64,000 nucleotides of DNA from Aureliella sp. (GCA_963691875.1 OY829846.1:4032001-4096000), one strand, 5' to 3'; counted from the first letter of the stretch, positions 31,375-41,972 are shown. The notes: generated from the sequence alone by a model not told the origin. Program-made: numbers and translations.

Positions 31375-32670
31375 TTATTTCATCTCGCGAAGTTCAACGG
31401 CTCGGAAACGCACTGGATCGTTGTGACCAGCGAAACCAAAGTAGCCTTCGGTTCGTTCTTTGCCCGGATGTGGACGATTGGCCATGTAGTCGGTGATCTT
31501 GCTTAAATCACCATTGAGAATGACTGTGCCATTGAGTTCTACGCGAATGGTGGAACCCTTCACGGTGACTTCTTGGATATTCCACTCGCCAGGTTCGCGA
31601 AGATAACCACGCTGTGCGGCAATCATGCCGTAAGCCGAACCGTGGTACTGACGATCATCTAACTTCGCAAACTTCGGAGCCGTGTTGTCTAGAACTTGTA
31701 ACTCGCACATGCCGACGTAAGCCGTATCGCCCTTGCCGGGATATCGAATCGCAAGACCATTGTTGCCACCGGGAGGTAGCTGGAACTCGAAACGAACACC
31801 AAAGTCTGAGTACTGTTCTTCTGTGTGCAAGACGCCGCCATGGCCTTTCTTGCACTGAATCGCGCCGTCGACTACGTCGTAGTTGTTTGTCGCACCAGCC
31901 CAGCCGCTCAGATCCGAGCCATTGAATTTGCTGGTGTATCCCGTAGCATGACTATGTTCTCGCAGCCAAGCATTGGATTCTTCAGTCGTCAGTTCCTTAA
32001 TGTAAAGATTCTTCCACTGAATCTCACCGCCGTGAGTTTGCAACTGGATGACACCCTTTGGATTCAACGCAGCCTTACGGTCCCAGAAGTTTTCCATGAT
32101 CGCGTTGTCCACGACATGCTTGCCGTTGAGCCAAACACTAGTCCGAGCTCCCACTTGGACGATACGAAATGAATTCCATTCCCCAAAGGGTTTGTCGGCT
32201 AGCTCCAACGGGTCCTTGCCTCGGGCTCCAGCTGTGTTATTCCACAGGCCGCCGCTACCCAGGTTAGCACCAAGCTTGAACTTGGCTTCTTCCGTACTGT
32301 CCCAGATCTGAACTTGCGGCGTTCCACGCAAATAGATTCCGCTGTCAGCTCGAGCAACCGTTTTGTACTCTAGTCGCAACTCGATGTCACCGTACTCTTT
32401 ATTGGTCGTCAAGAACACTCCATGACCGTCGTTCACAATGACTCCATCTTGGACGGACCAGTGGGTAGCCATATCCTTGTTCCAGGCGTCTTTTTTGGCT
32501 TCCCCAGTATCTTCCCACTTGTTTGGATTTAAGTGTGGGCGACCGTGCCAGCCTTCGAAGTCTTTTCCGTTGAACAGGGCGGTGAAGCCCTCTGGTGCAT
32601 CAGCAGCAAATAAGAAAGCAGATGGCAGCAACATTGCAATTACTGCGAGGGATCTCATGAAGGTACGCAT
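31375..32670 (-). CDS. Secreted tandem DUF1080 (3-keto-disaccharide hydrolase-like) protein
   Basis: Signal peptide from the ATG at 32670; two copies of the LFNGKD..GW / DSGIYLR or NNGLAIR / GEWN / QTHG or AGHN pattern. Confidence 0.9.
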   Translation of the reverse strand: MRTFMRSLAVIAMLLPSAFLFAADAPEGFTALFNGKDFEGWHGRPHLNPNKWEDTGEAKKDAWNKDMATHWSVQDGVIVNDGHGVFLTTNKEYGDIELRLEYKTVARADSGIYLRGTPQVQIWDSTEEAKFKLGANLGSGGLWNNTAGARGKDPLELADKPFGEWNSFRIVQVGARTSVWLNGKHVVDNAIMENFWDRKAALNPKGVIQLQTHGGEIQWKNLYIKELTTEESNAWLREHSHATGYTSKFNGSDLSGWAGATNNYDVVDGAIQCKKGHGGVLHTEEQYSDFGVRFEFQLPPGGNNGLAIRYPGKGDTAYVGMCELQVLDNTAPKFAKLDDRQYHGSAYGMIAAQRGYLREPGEWNIQEVTVKGSTIRVELNGTVILNGDLSKITDYMANRPHPGKERTEGYFGFAGHNDPVRFRAVELREMK

Positions 32671-32816
32671 AAGGTAGGCTCCGTGCGGGAGGTGGGAAGG
32701 CGAGTTGTTGGAAACTTCAGCAATGGAATATTTTGCTTGGCATCGCTTGCTCCCGCAATGCAGCAACTATTCTCGTAGCGGTTTTCGTCAGGAATTTTGC
32801 TCGTTGGACCCGTTGG

Positions 32817-34199
32817 CTACGGATCACGAACCCAGATCACATTCCAAGGATAAGAGCGCGCCAATTGATAGGCTTGGTCTTGCGTCTCAGCAAATATGCG
32901 AAGGTCGTTTCTATTGAACTTGTTCAAATCGAGATCACCCAGAAACCGCCATTCGTGTTCTTGAGTCCAATCCATCGTCTTCCCACGAGCCTGAAAGAAG
33001 GGTTTTTCAGCAGCCGCCAAATTATCCCTTTCACCGGGTTCCCCGTAGATGACGGGTCGGCAGCCCATTTCCTCGAGCGCAGAGCGACGGATCAACAATC
33101 CATAGGGTTCCCAATCCCAGCGACCTAAGTGAGAGCGGAACACACGGCGACTTAAGAGCTCTGCTAAACCAACGGCCGAGAAGCTCACACATCGCTGGTC
33201 GCCCTGAGTTAGCCGAGATGACGCAACCAATCTCTCTTGAGCACATATCTGATTCAGAGAAATCCAAGGTGATGCAACGGCCGAGCGACCACGATGCATA
33301 GCATCTGCGACTTTCTCAGAAGAACTGGATGTGCGGGTGCAATGTGCCAACCATTCTGTCGATCCATTGGCTCCGGTTTCAAATGTAGCTAGCGACAGAC
33401 AGAATTGATAGGTACCTTGATGCTTTCGATGTTTACAATGAAACGCACACGAGGAGTCACTTGAGAGTGTTTTGTCAGAGTCGAGTACGTGCCAGCCCAC
33501 CGCGCCCCGATCCATCCAGTCCTGGACTTTCTCAAGCTCCTTGGGCTTAGATTCATCGATCGCAAGAAATACATAGCCAACTGAGAAGTGTTTAGAACGC
33601 TGCTCCGAGATTCTTCGCTCGATCAGGCTTTCCAGATTCCCACCCTTTCGAATCGACAGACCGAACACTCGATCTGCTAGGCCTATCAGAGTGGTATCGC
33701 GGAGTGGTTCTGCCAGTCGGGCTGGTTCTGATCCAAGGACTGGAGAAACAAATAGCAAGCGAGAAGGATCGGTTGATTCAGCGATTTGCTCTGAACAGTC
33801 CTTGATCCAACTCACAAGCTTTTGTTTTGGTTGTGAAAGCTTGAGTTCCACGGCGGGGACTCCAGCACGGTGAGCAAACTCCTGTGCAGCGTCTCCAAGC
33901 GTAGTCTCAGCATGATAGAGCAATTGAAAGCTATTCAATTGTATATCGCGAATGGCGAGCTCCAGTAGCTGCGGCCATCGGGGAACACGTTGTTGCCTGC
34001 GCCCAAGTCGCGAACAAACGATCGTTGCAAGTCTGATGCTTGCTCGTAGCAGAGAAGCATGACAAAGGACCCATCGTGAGCCAATCCAACCCGAAACTTG
34101 ACGATGAGCAATTTTATCTCTTGCAAGTGTGAATCCGAGACGCTCAATAGGCCTTAGAAAAGACTCAACTTCGTCGGGGAAAAGGAGATCATTTTGCAT
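32817..34199 (-). CDS. Hypothetical protein; possible SLOG/DprA-like N-terminus and ADP-ribosyltransferase-like C-terminus
   Basis: 460-aa ORF, clearly coding. The domain call is inferred from RDTTLIGLADRV..LSIRKGG and HCTR / CVSFS / EPYG / PVIYG / QEHEWR. Confidence 0.7.
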   Translation of the reverse strand: MQNDLLFPDEVESFLRPIERLGFTLARDKIAHRQVSGWIGSRWVLCHASLLRASIRLATIVCSRLGRRQQRVPRWPQLLELAIRDIQLNSFQLLYHAETTLGDAAQEFAHRAGVPAVELKLSQPKQKLVSWIKDCSEQIAESTDPSRLLFVSPVLGSEPARLAEPLRDTTLIGLADRVFGLSIRKGGNLESLIERRISEQRSKHFSVGYVFLAIDESKPKELEKVQDWMDRGAVGWHVLDSDKTLSSDSSCAFHCKHRKHQGTYQFCLSLATFETGANGSTEWLAHCTRTSSSSEKVADAMHRGRSAVASPWISLNQICAQERLVASSRLTQGDQRCVSFSAVGLAELLSRRVFRSHLGRWDWEPYGLLIRRSALEEMGCRPVIYGEPGERDNLAAAEKPFFQARGKTMDWTQEHEWRFLGDLDLNKFNRNDLRIFAETQDQAYQLARSYPWNVIWVRDP

Positions 34200-34934
34200 T
34201 CAAGGTCTCGTTATCCCAACACTTTATTCTTTTGTTGCGAAGGATCACAAAGAAGATATCAATCAGCAGAAGAAAGATAGATGCTCGTGAAGAATAAGGT
34301 CCTTCGGAATATGAAAAGCTCAACGATTGAAAATCCAAATATCCTGGACCAGCATCAGGAAGCAATGAGAAGAACCACTATTCTGACGGTTGCTTCAGTG
34401 CGATTCAAGTAGAAGTAAGTTGCTTTGTCGCTTCCGGCCGTTTAAAGGTTACTTCGTAAACCGCAAGACAAGCAGGTAAATCGCGATTAGAACCAACCAC
34501 GGTCAGAAGATGAGAAGCCAAGGCAGGCTCGGCAAGAGTAGGCAGTGGAATAAAAAACGTTTTACTCAATAGTCTTGCCAGATCACTCCGTGTAGATTGC
34601 AGAATCGCCGAGTGCTGCATCGATCGTAGCGAGAGCTACCTGAAAGGCGTATCCGTGGAACTACTACGGCGAGAGAAAATCCCCTCAAGCATCAAGGCAA
34701 AAGCACAAGCAAGTGAGACTGTGTGCTCACTTCCGATGGCCTGATCCAGGCTTCTCGTTCAATGCCCATTCATAAACGCCGGCTCAGGTACGCAGTGAAT
34801 TTCGACTGTCGGAGTGAACCACTCCAGTGAACCGGAGTCAATTGAGCACATTGGACCTACTTTCGAATACAAGCAGAATAAGCTCGCGAGTAGATCTTGA
34901 TGCAAACGAGTGATTTCGTGCGTTCGAATCCAGA

Positions 34935-36005
34935 CTACAGCACGGGCAGGGCGGGGCCGTTGGGCTGAGCGGCAGCGCGATCGTTGATGCGCTCACACAT
35001 GGCCTGGACGATCTTATCCAGTGCGGGCTTGCAGACTGGATCCAGCACGGCGTTGCCGATTCGCCCTTCGTCGGATTCTGCACGCATTTGCATGTTAAGG
35101 GGCACGTCACCCAAGAAAGCGACCTTTGATTCCTCGGCTTTGAGACGTGCGCCGCCATGACCGAAGATGTCGTAGCGCTTGCCGTTGTCAGGGCAGATAA
35201 AGCCACTCATGTTCTCAACCATTCCCAACACTGGAATCTTGGTCTTGGCGAACATCGCAATCGCTTTCACAGCATCGAGTAAGGCGACTTGTTGCGGTGT
35301 ACAGACCACGACGGAGCCCGTAACCGGAATCATCTGCGATAGTGTGAGAGCGATGTCGCCTGTTCCCGGAGGCATATCGATGATTAAGTAATCGAGTGCG
35401 CCCCAATAGGTGTCGCGCAAGAACTGAGTGATTGCGCCGTGTAGCATAGGACCGCGCCAGATCACGGCTTGGTCTTCTTCGACCATGAATCCCATAGACA
35501 TCACGGCAATCTTCTCGTAATAGATTGGCTGGATCTTCCCGTTCATCACTTCTGGGCGACCTGAAATACCCAGCAGATGCGGGATGCTTGGACCGTAAAC
35601 ATCCGCGTCCATCAAACCAACTTTGCACCCCATGTTGGATAGAGTGAGTGCGATTGATGTGGCAATCGTGCTCTTGCCTACACCCCCTTTACCCGATCCA
35701 ACCGCAATGACGCTTTTCGCGGAAAGTCCAATTTGCCCCAAAGGTACAGGTGGACGATCCAGTTCAGAAAACTGAACGTCGACATCTTCGGCTCCGGCTC
35801 TACAAGTTTTAGCTGTTTCCAGAATACGATCTCGAAAACTGTCTTGAACAGGAAGACTGTGTGTGGAAAGTGAAACAGAACAAACTACCTTCTCGCCTTG
35901 AACTTCGACTCCTTCAAGCTGACCTGTTGAGCCAATGGTGCGTCCGGTTTCAGGATCTTTTAGATCGGAAAGTGCAGTTTGGATGATTTCCAGGTTCACA
36001 GACAT
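34935..36005 (-). CDS. mrp: Mrp/NBP35 (ApbC) Fe-S cluster carrier ATPase
   Basis: N-terminal DPETG domain, SGKGGVGKST, DADVYGPS, WRGPM, DMPPGTGD, ENMSGFICP. Confidence 0.95.
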   Translation of the reverse strand: MSVNLEIIQTALSDLKDPETGRTIGSTGQLEGVEVQGEKVVCSVSLSTHSLPVQDSFRDRILETAKTCRAGAEDVDVQFSELDRPPVPLGQIGLSAKSVIAVGSGKGGVGKSTIATSIALTLSNMGCKVGLMDADVYGPSIPHLLGISGRPEVMNGKIQPIYYEKIAVMSMGFMVEEDQAVIWRGPMLHGAITQFLRDTYWGALDYLIIDMPPGTGDIALTLSQMIPVTGSVVVCTPQQVALLDAVKAIAMFAKTKIPVLGMVENMSGFICPDNGKRYDIFGHGGARLKAEESKVAFLGDVPLNMQMRAESDEGRIGNAVLDPVCKPALDKIVQAMCERINDRAAAQPNGPALPVL

Positions 36006-36047
36006 CGATTTGCAAAGTGCCAAAGGGAATGAGTTATTGGGGAATGA

Positions 36048-36530
36048 TTATTCAGCTAGCTCCGGCCATGGCAATCGCTCGACAATTCCCGATACCAGCG
36101 GATGCGAACCATGTTCGGCAAGCGGAATTGGTAATGGCGATCGAGCCAAAATCTTCTCAAGGCCTTTTTGTAATGATGGTAGCTGTGTGACTACTAGTTG
36201 TGCACCCGCCTCGACCAGAATCCCAGAGCAATGGCTCAAGTTCGGCTGGAGCCAAACAAGGCAAACAGGCTTCGGTTCCTTCAGCCGGTCAGCTTGAATG
36301 GCGGAAATCGTTGACTCAAGGTTTTCATGGTCCTGCACGCGCCAGAGCATAAGTCCAACGTCTCTGAGGTCAGTCGCTTCTTCCGCTCGCGAATTAGTGG
36401 CGACAAACTGATGTGTTACGCCGAGAAAATCGCATCGCTCGCGTAATATCTGAGAAACAAGCGTCGGAAGCACCTCGCTTGGATCAAAAGCCGTCCAGCG
36501 AAGTTGCTTTTCGAACAACAGCTCTTTCAT
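36048..36530 (-). CDS. Hypothetical protein (possibly a degenerate receiver-like alpha/beta fold)
   Basis: 160-aa ATG-started ORF, co-oriented with and 43 bp upstream of mrp. Confidence 0.65.
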   Translation of the reverse strand: MKELLFEKQLRWTAFDPSEVLPTLVSQILRERCDFLGVTHQFVATNSRAEEATDLRDVGLMLWRVQDHENLESTISAIQADRLKEPKPVCLVWLQPNLSHCSGILVEAGAQLVVTQLPSLQKGLEKILARSPLPIPLAEHGSHPLVSGIVERLPWPELAE

Positions 36531-36757
36531 CTTCTTTCAATGCTCTCGCTGAGGCCTGGCAATGAGCCCGCGTCCGTTAAGATTCATACTGGCAGCGAGA
36601 AACGGCACGAACTCTGCTGCATCTTTCCATACTTGAGCTATTAGCTAGCATTTGAACTGACCAAGCATTCCATCACTCTTTCATCTGGAATTGACACTCC
36701 AATAGCAACTCGCAATTATCCGAAGTCGATGGTTATCGATTCGAAGGAAGGATTCTA

Positions 36758-37408
36758 ATGGGCATCGTCAACCACGGTATACCACGCGAGATTGTAGTGC
36801 AGTTGGCTCACTTGGCCGACGCAACGACTTTTGTCGAGACTGGGACCTTCCAAGGTAACACAACTCGTTGGGCGGCTGAAATCTTCGAATCAGTGCATAC
36901 CATTGAATTGGCCAAAGTGCTTTACGACTCCTATCACGAGGATTTGGAAAAGATCCCGGGCGTCAAGCCGCACTTTGGTGATTCAGCAGAAGTCATGCCA
37001 GAGATCGTTCTTACGCTCGGCGGCGAAGCGGCATTGTTCTGGCTCGACGGACACTGGTCGGGCGGCGACACAGCAGGCGAAGAGCAAGAGTGTCCCATCA
37101 TGGATGAACTCCTTTGCCTAAAAGATCGACACCAGGATCTGATTCTGATCGATGATGCTCGGCTATTCTTGTGTGCCCCGCCCCTTCCACACAAAGCGGA
37201 ACAGTGGCCGACGATTGCCGATATCTCACTTGTGTTTGGCCACGAGCGTTTCCTCCAAGTGATCGACGATGTCATCTTCATTGTGCCGCGGCAGCAGGAA
37301 ATGAAAGAACTGTTGATTGGCTACGCTCAAGCACAAGCCGCCGAGCAACTGAAACAGGCAAAGCCTCCTACTTTCAGCCGTCTCGCCAAGAAACTACTCA
37401 GGCAGTAG
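36758..37408 (+). CDS. SAM-dependent methyltransferase-like protein
   Basis: FVETGTFQG, TIEL, GDS, FWLDGH, ILIDD; upstream GAAGGAAGG ribosome-binding site. Confidence 0.75.
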   Translation: MGIVNHGIPREIVVQLAHLADATTFVETGTFQGNTTRWAAEIFESVHTIELAKVLYDSYHEDLEKIPGVKPHFGDSAEVMPEIVLTLGGEAALFWLDGHWSGGDTAGEEQECPIMDELLCLKDRHQDLILIDDARLFLCAPPLPHKAEQWPTIADISLVFGHERFLQVIDDVIFIVPRQQEMKELLIGYAQAQAAEQLKQAKPPTFSRLAKKLLRQ

Positions 37409-37479
37409 TCAACGTTTGTAGTTAGCCGCAGTGCGTTAGCACCGATTCTACCGCCAAAAGGGTGCGAGCAAAAAAAACA

Positions 37480-37520
37480 ATTCCAAGGCAAGCCGGCGCC
37501 TGAGGCTCGGCGTTAAACGA
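37480..37520 (+). repeat. REP-like repeat family AAGCCGGCGCC-nnn-GGCT-CGGCGTTAAACGA, copy 1
   Basis: Near-identical to 41941-41972 (+) and 44484-44520 (-). Confidence 0.8.
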
Positions 37521-37582
37521 TTACTTGCGCAAGAGGCCAGGCTCTAGCCGCAGTGCGGGCATTTTACCACCTGTCCTTCATT

Positions 37583-38059
37583 TTAATCTTCGAGCAGAAA
37601 GCTCATATGCATCTCGGCATGGCGCAAGTTAAATGAATCCCACTCCGCATTGGTGATCTTGCCGAAGGCAGGGTGCATGGTGCGATCTTCAGTATCTTTC
37701 TGGCGCTGAATGGCCTTACGGAGTTCACCAAGTCCCTCAGCGACGCTGACTTCGTTGGGCTGAAACTCGCCTGCCGCTTTAAAGCCCGCCGGTACACCTT
37801 GGTTCAAGTACCTATTCTTCAAGAAAGTAGAGAGAACCCAACGCAGGGGAGCTGGTAGAGCACGATTGCCATCAATACACGCGTCCAACGACTTGGCCAC
37901 GTGTGAATAGATCTCGCCCTGCGACCAATTTCCTAGAGTTCGCACCTGCATAGAAGCCAAGCGCTCTGCATCGTAGAGTAGATTGTCGAGCGATTTGTAG
38001 CGGACCTTTCTACGCACCGCGACCTTTCGCATTTTAATGGGTTTCTGTGAGTTGCTCAT
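37583..38059 (-). CDS. DUF1569 (DinB-like) protein
   Basis: LGNWSQGEIYSHVA, HPAFGKITNAEW, LRHAEMHMSFL. Confidence 0.85.
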   Translation of the reverse strand: MSNSQKPIKMRKVAVRRKVRYKSLDNLLYDAERLASMQVRTLGNWSQGEIYSHVAKSLDACIDGNRALPAPLRWVLSTFLKNRYLNQGVPAGFKAAGEFQPNEVSVAEGLGELRKAIQRQKDTEDRTMHPAFGKITNAEWDSFNLRHAEMHMSFLLED

Positions 38060-38209
38060 GGCGGAAGCATAGCGTTGTGGGATCGATGAGTCGATCGTAC
38101 TTACGGGTGGCTTTCAAACCTGGGTAGACCGCTAGTGGGATTCGCCCGAATTTCCTGATCCAGAGGATTTTTAGCGAAATCCATTCCAACCAATCCGATT
38201 CAGCTCTGA

Positions 38210-40600
38210 CTATTTACCGGCCGACCCCACAATTTTCACCTTGTGCCAATAAGCCCATTCATTGGCCCAATTGTTCGCACGATTTTCCAACGTTAGCTGT
38301 ACCTTCTGGCCAGCAAACTTCGACAAGTCCACTTCTACATCAAGCCACTCGTTGTCCCCAACCGTCTTGCTGGACACGAGTGATTCAAAAATTACTTCGG
38401 GCTGTTTCTTATCAATGGAGGCCAACACACGCAGCTGCCAGTCACCGTGCGGGTGGTGGCTGACGCTCAGTTGTAGCTCGGACTTCCCGTTCGGCACGCT
38501 GATACTTCGCGTCAGCCGACTAGGCGTCTTTCGGTCGAGTGGGTGCGTCTGGACTGCGACACGATTTCGGAACGCAGAGTGTTTGACGACTCCACCTTCG
38601 CCCACATCGGCTACCTTAAACTCAGGCGCGACCGCCTGAATATTTTGCTGCCAATTCTTGCTGTTCCTTGGCGTCTTTATAGGTTTGGTTGGAGTTGGTT
38701 GATTCCCGGTTGCCATCCGCTTTGCCACGAATCCTTGGATGGCTGGAATCTTCCCGGTCACGGCTAACTTCAAGGCCTTTGCTTGGTTCTTTGGGACCAT
38801 AGGCTCCAAAGCAAACCAATACATACGAGGCAGATTGTTGTCACCAATGTCTTCGCTGTGGGACAGCAAGCCAGCCAGGACCTCCCAACGATCTTTAAAG
38901 GCCAAGCGTTGGGCCGCCGAGGCCAAGTAAAGTCGCACTACAGGAGAAGCATCGCTGCGAGCCATCTCAGCGAACTTGGCGAGGATGGTGGCATCGACAA
39001 CCGACTCTGTCGCAGCACTTGCGTCTTGAAATGCGTTCAGTGGGCTGGCATCGCAGAGAAACTGAATCGACCAAGAACGCACGTACTTGTCGTCATGGTC
39101 AAGCAGCGTGACCAAGTCCTGGGTTTCAAGAGCTCCGATCGAATATAAAGCCCAAAGAGCACGCAGTCGCTTTGGACTGCTGCTGGCTCGCTGCATCATA
39201 GTAGTTAATTGCTTGACTACAGTGGCCATATCAAGCTTGCCAGCGTGAGCACGCGATTGCAACAGAGTGCGAGCATGACGGACATACCAGTCATTTGAGT
39301 TCCATTGCAACTCGACCAACTGTGCGTCGGTCATCTTGGTTAAATCAGGTGTGGCGCTAGCGGGCACCCCCTTCGGCATGATGCGATAGATACGGCCGCT
39401 ATTCGGAAAGTTGACTTGGTTTCCGCAGACATCTGTATCATGCCAGTCCAAGATGTAGATGCCGCCTTCGGGACCGGTTTCCACACTGAAACCAACCCAA
39501 GCCATATCATTTGTCGGCAAAAAATCGTCGCCTTCTTTGCCGATGAACGTCGAGCCCTTGGGTTCGAGTATATCTGTCAGGACTGCATGTTCATGGATGT
39601 TGCACATGAACAAGCGGTCGCGATACTTCTGCGGAAAAGTGTCCGCCAAATAAACACGCGCTCCGCCGTGCGCAGACAAGTGCGTATGTGTACGGATCGT
39701 CTTGATGTCGTCGTAAATGTACGGATTTACATGGGGCTTGCTCTGCTTGTGATAGACGCCGCCCAACACGATATGGAACAAGTGGGGAATCACACAGCAA
39801 GTGGTAAAACTCTGGCCATGATCGTTGAAGTCAAAGCCCCAGGGATTGGATAGTCCGCGAGCAAAAATCTCAAACTTATCGCGAGTAGGGTGATAACGCC
39901 AGATTCCGCCATCGATAAATTGTCGCGCGGAGTCATCGTCGCCAGGCTTGCCAACCATCGATTCCGTGAACACACCGTGGCACCCGTAGAGCCAACCGTC
40001 GGGACCCCAAATGAAACTATTCAGCGTCTCGTGACGATCATTGATGCCCCAGCCATCCAGCAAAACTCGTGGTGGACCATCTGGAACGTCGTCGCCGTCA
40101 GCATCAGGAATAAAAGTCAAATTCGGTGGCGACCCGACATAGATGCCTCCAAAGCCAACGGCTAAACCAGAGGTAAAGGTCAGCGTGTCGGTGAAAGTTT
40201 TCTTCTTGTCGAAAACCCCGTCGCCGTCCGTGTCTTCGAGGATTTGAATACGACTAACAGGATCATTCGTGTGATTCCGGCGAGTGCGATAATTGAAATT
40301 CTCTGCGACCCAAAGTCGCCCTTTGTGATCGAAGCAAAATCCGATCGGCTCAGCGATGTCAGGTTCCGAAGCGTAAATCGAAACTTCGAAACCTTCTGGA
40401 ATCGCCATCTGTTTGACAGCTTCGGCTGGCGTCAGAAAAGGAGCATTGCTTGTTTTATGTTGCTTGAGCGGCAGCTTGTTGCGTGATTCCATCTTGTCGC
40501 TTGGATCTTCGGCTCGTGCCAAGCAGGATAGCAAGCTCAACATCAAGGTCAGGCAAGCTAGAAACTTCGAGTGCATTCGTTCATTTCGCTTCATTTCCAA
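38210..40600 (-). CDS. PVC-type putative membrane-bound dehydrogenase (beta-propeller) with HEAT repeats
   Basis: Signal peptide, PEGFEVSIYASEP, DTDGDGVFD, WGPDGWLYG, NPWGFDF, GRIYRI, HEAT repeats (RLRALWAL, SPVVRLYLAS); no CxxCH found. Confidence 0.88.
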   Translation of the reverse strand: MEMKRNERMHSKFLACLTLMLSLLSCLARAEDPSDKMESRNKLPLKQHKTSNAPFLTPAEAVKQMAIPEGFEVSIYASEPDIAEPIGFCFDHKGRLWVAENFNYRTRRNHTNDPVSRIQILEDTDGDGVFDKKKTFTDTLTFTSGLAVGFGGIYVGSPPNLTFIPDADGDDVPDGPPRVLLDGWGINDRHETLNSFIWGPDGWLYGCHGVFTESMVGKPGDDDSARQFIDGGIWRYHPTRDKFEIFARGLSNPWGFDFNDHGQSFTTCCVIPHLFHIVLGGVYHKQSKPHVNPYIYDDIKTIRTHTHLSAHGGARVYLADTFPQKYRDRLFMCNIHEHAVLTDILEPKGSTFIGKEGDDFLPTNDMAWVGFSVETGPEGGIYILDWHDTDVCGNQVNFPNSGRIYRIMPKGVPASATPDLTKMTDAQLVELQWNSNDWYVRHARTLLQSRAHAGKLDMATVVKQLTTMMQRASSSPKRLRALWALYSIGALETQDLVTLLDHDDKYVRSWSIQFLCDASPLNAFQDASAATESVVDATILAKFAEMARSDASPVVRLYLASAAQRLAFKDRWEVLAGLLSHSEDIGDNNLPRMYWFALEPMVPKNQAKALKLAVTGKIPAIQGFVAKRMATGNQPTPTKPIKTPRNSKNWQQNIQAVAPEFKVADVGEGGVVKHSAFRNRVAVQTHPLDRKTPSRLTRSISVPNGKSELQLSVSHHPHGDWQLRVLASIDKKQPEVIFESLVSSKTVGDNEWLDVEVDLSKFAGQKVQLTLENRANNWANEWAYWHKVKIVGSAGK

Positions 40601-40609
40601 TTCTCCCGC

Positions 40610-41812
40610 TTACTTTGGCAAAGCAACTTGTTCGGTGGTGCGTAGATATTTAACGAGATCCAATATCTGCTGTGGCTTCATTGCATCCAGTTGGCCGTCA
40701 GGCATCATGGATTTGGACGAGATCTTTCGCACCGCAATATCATCTTTTGCGATTGTTAGTCGTGGTTGTTCGACAGTCTTCAGTACGATTCGGGTGTCAT
40801 CCTCTTCGGCTAGCACACCGTTAACGGCCCGATCATCGAAAGTCAGAATCTGGACCATTCGATATCCTTCAGGCACGTCATAACTCGGGTCTACGCTATT
40901 GAGCAGAAAATAGTCGAGATTCGCGCGATTTGAGCCAGTTAGATCTGGGCCGATTTTTCCTCCCGCGTCATACATCACATGGCATGAGCCGCAGGTTTTT
41001 TGGAAGACTTGGCGTCCACGATGTACATCCGCAGCACCTACCGCCTCATCAGTGATCAACTTTCTGTACTTCGCAATCAGCTTCTCGCGATCCTGAGCGA
41101 GTTCTCGCACTTCGCCGTAAGCATTCGTGAATTCTTTGCCGAGCAAGTCCTTTAACGATCGAGCTACATGCGTCGGGATCTCCTCGCTGCGTAGTAGCTT
41201 GGTCTCGAGGGCTCTTACCAAGGCAGTGGCATAAAGCCGACGAGTGGCAAGGGTTTCGATGACAGCTTGCTTGAGTTCATCTGACATCTTCGGGTATCGC
41301 CCGAGCAAGATTTTCGGCGCTGTAGTATTTTTCACGATGCTGTATCCGCGGATAGCATCGAGAGCAAAGTCTTTTTCGTTGAGCAGTTCTTCCAACAGTT
41401 CTGAGGCTTCGCTGCTGCGTTGCTCCAGGAGCGTTCTTAAAGCGCTGCGTCGCTGCGCCATATCGAAGGATTTGTTACGAACCACGGCCAAAGCAGTTTC
41501 CATCGCTTTGGCGTCACCAAAAATCGCGGCTAACTGAGTCGCGAGATCGCGAACCTCGTCATTTTCACTTTTGAGCAAGCTATCCCGCGCATCCTTCCAT
41601 TTTTCCGGAGCTGGCACATTGCGCCGTCCAGCCAGCCCTGCCAAGACGCCTTGCAATAAAGCCGCTTTGGTGGTTGGATCGGGTGCATCGACTACCGCCT
41701 GAACCAGCAGGTTTAGGGTGTCCAATTCATCTGCACGGAGAGCTTGATTAAGCGTTGTGCACAGGTTAAAGCATGCCAAAGTCAGGACGATGACGGCTAG
41801 ATGAGAATTCAT
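40610..41812 (-). CDS. HEAT-repeat c-type cytochrome (PVC putative heme-binding domain)
   Basis: GRQVFQKTCGSCH, IGPDLTG, SMMPDG...DLVKYL; N-terminal signal peptide. Confidence 0.9.
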   Translation of the reverse strand: MNSHLAVIVLTLACFNLCTTLNQALRADELDTLNLLVQAVVDAPDPTTKAALLQGVLAGLAGRRNVPAPEKWKDARDSLLKSENDEVRDLATQLAAIFGDAKAMETALAVVRNKSFDMAQRRSALRTLLEQRSSEASELLEELLNEKDFALDAIRGYSIVKNTTAPKILLGRYPKMSDELKQAVIETLATRRLYATALVRALETKLLRSEEIPTHVARSLKDLLGKEFTNAYGEVRELAQDREKLIAKYRKLITDEAVGAADVHRGRQVFQKTCGSCHVMYDAGGKIGPDLTGSNRANLDYFLLNSVDPSYDVPEGYRMVQILTFDDRAVNGVLAEEDDTRIVLKTVEQPRLTIAKDDIAVRKISSKSMMPDGQLDAMKPQQILDLVKYLRTTEQVALPK

Positions 41813-41940
41813 GAAGGTGAGTCGGCTGGAGAGTGTGGAGGAACAGAGTCTCTATTCTAGCAGGCGAAACACTGAAAATGGCAACTCGCTGCGTGAGCGA
41901 GGGATTTTCTGTACTGGTTAGCCTCACCTAAAGCCCCAGA

Positions 41941-41972
41941 GCAAGCCGGCGCCTTCGGCTGGGTGTTAAACA
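41941..41972 (+). repeat. REP-like repeat, copy 2
   Basis: GCAAGCCGGCGCCTTCGGCTGGGTGTTAAACA. Confidence 0.7.

Noticed and set aside
34200..34930. Possible partner gene or ncRNA upstream of the ART-like gene
   Set aside because: Only short ORFs with no motifs and no convincing structure.
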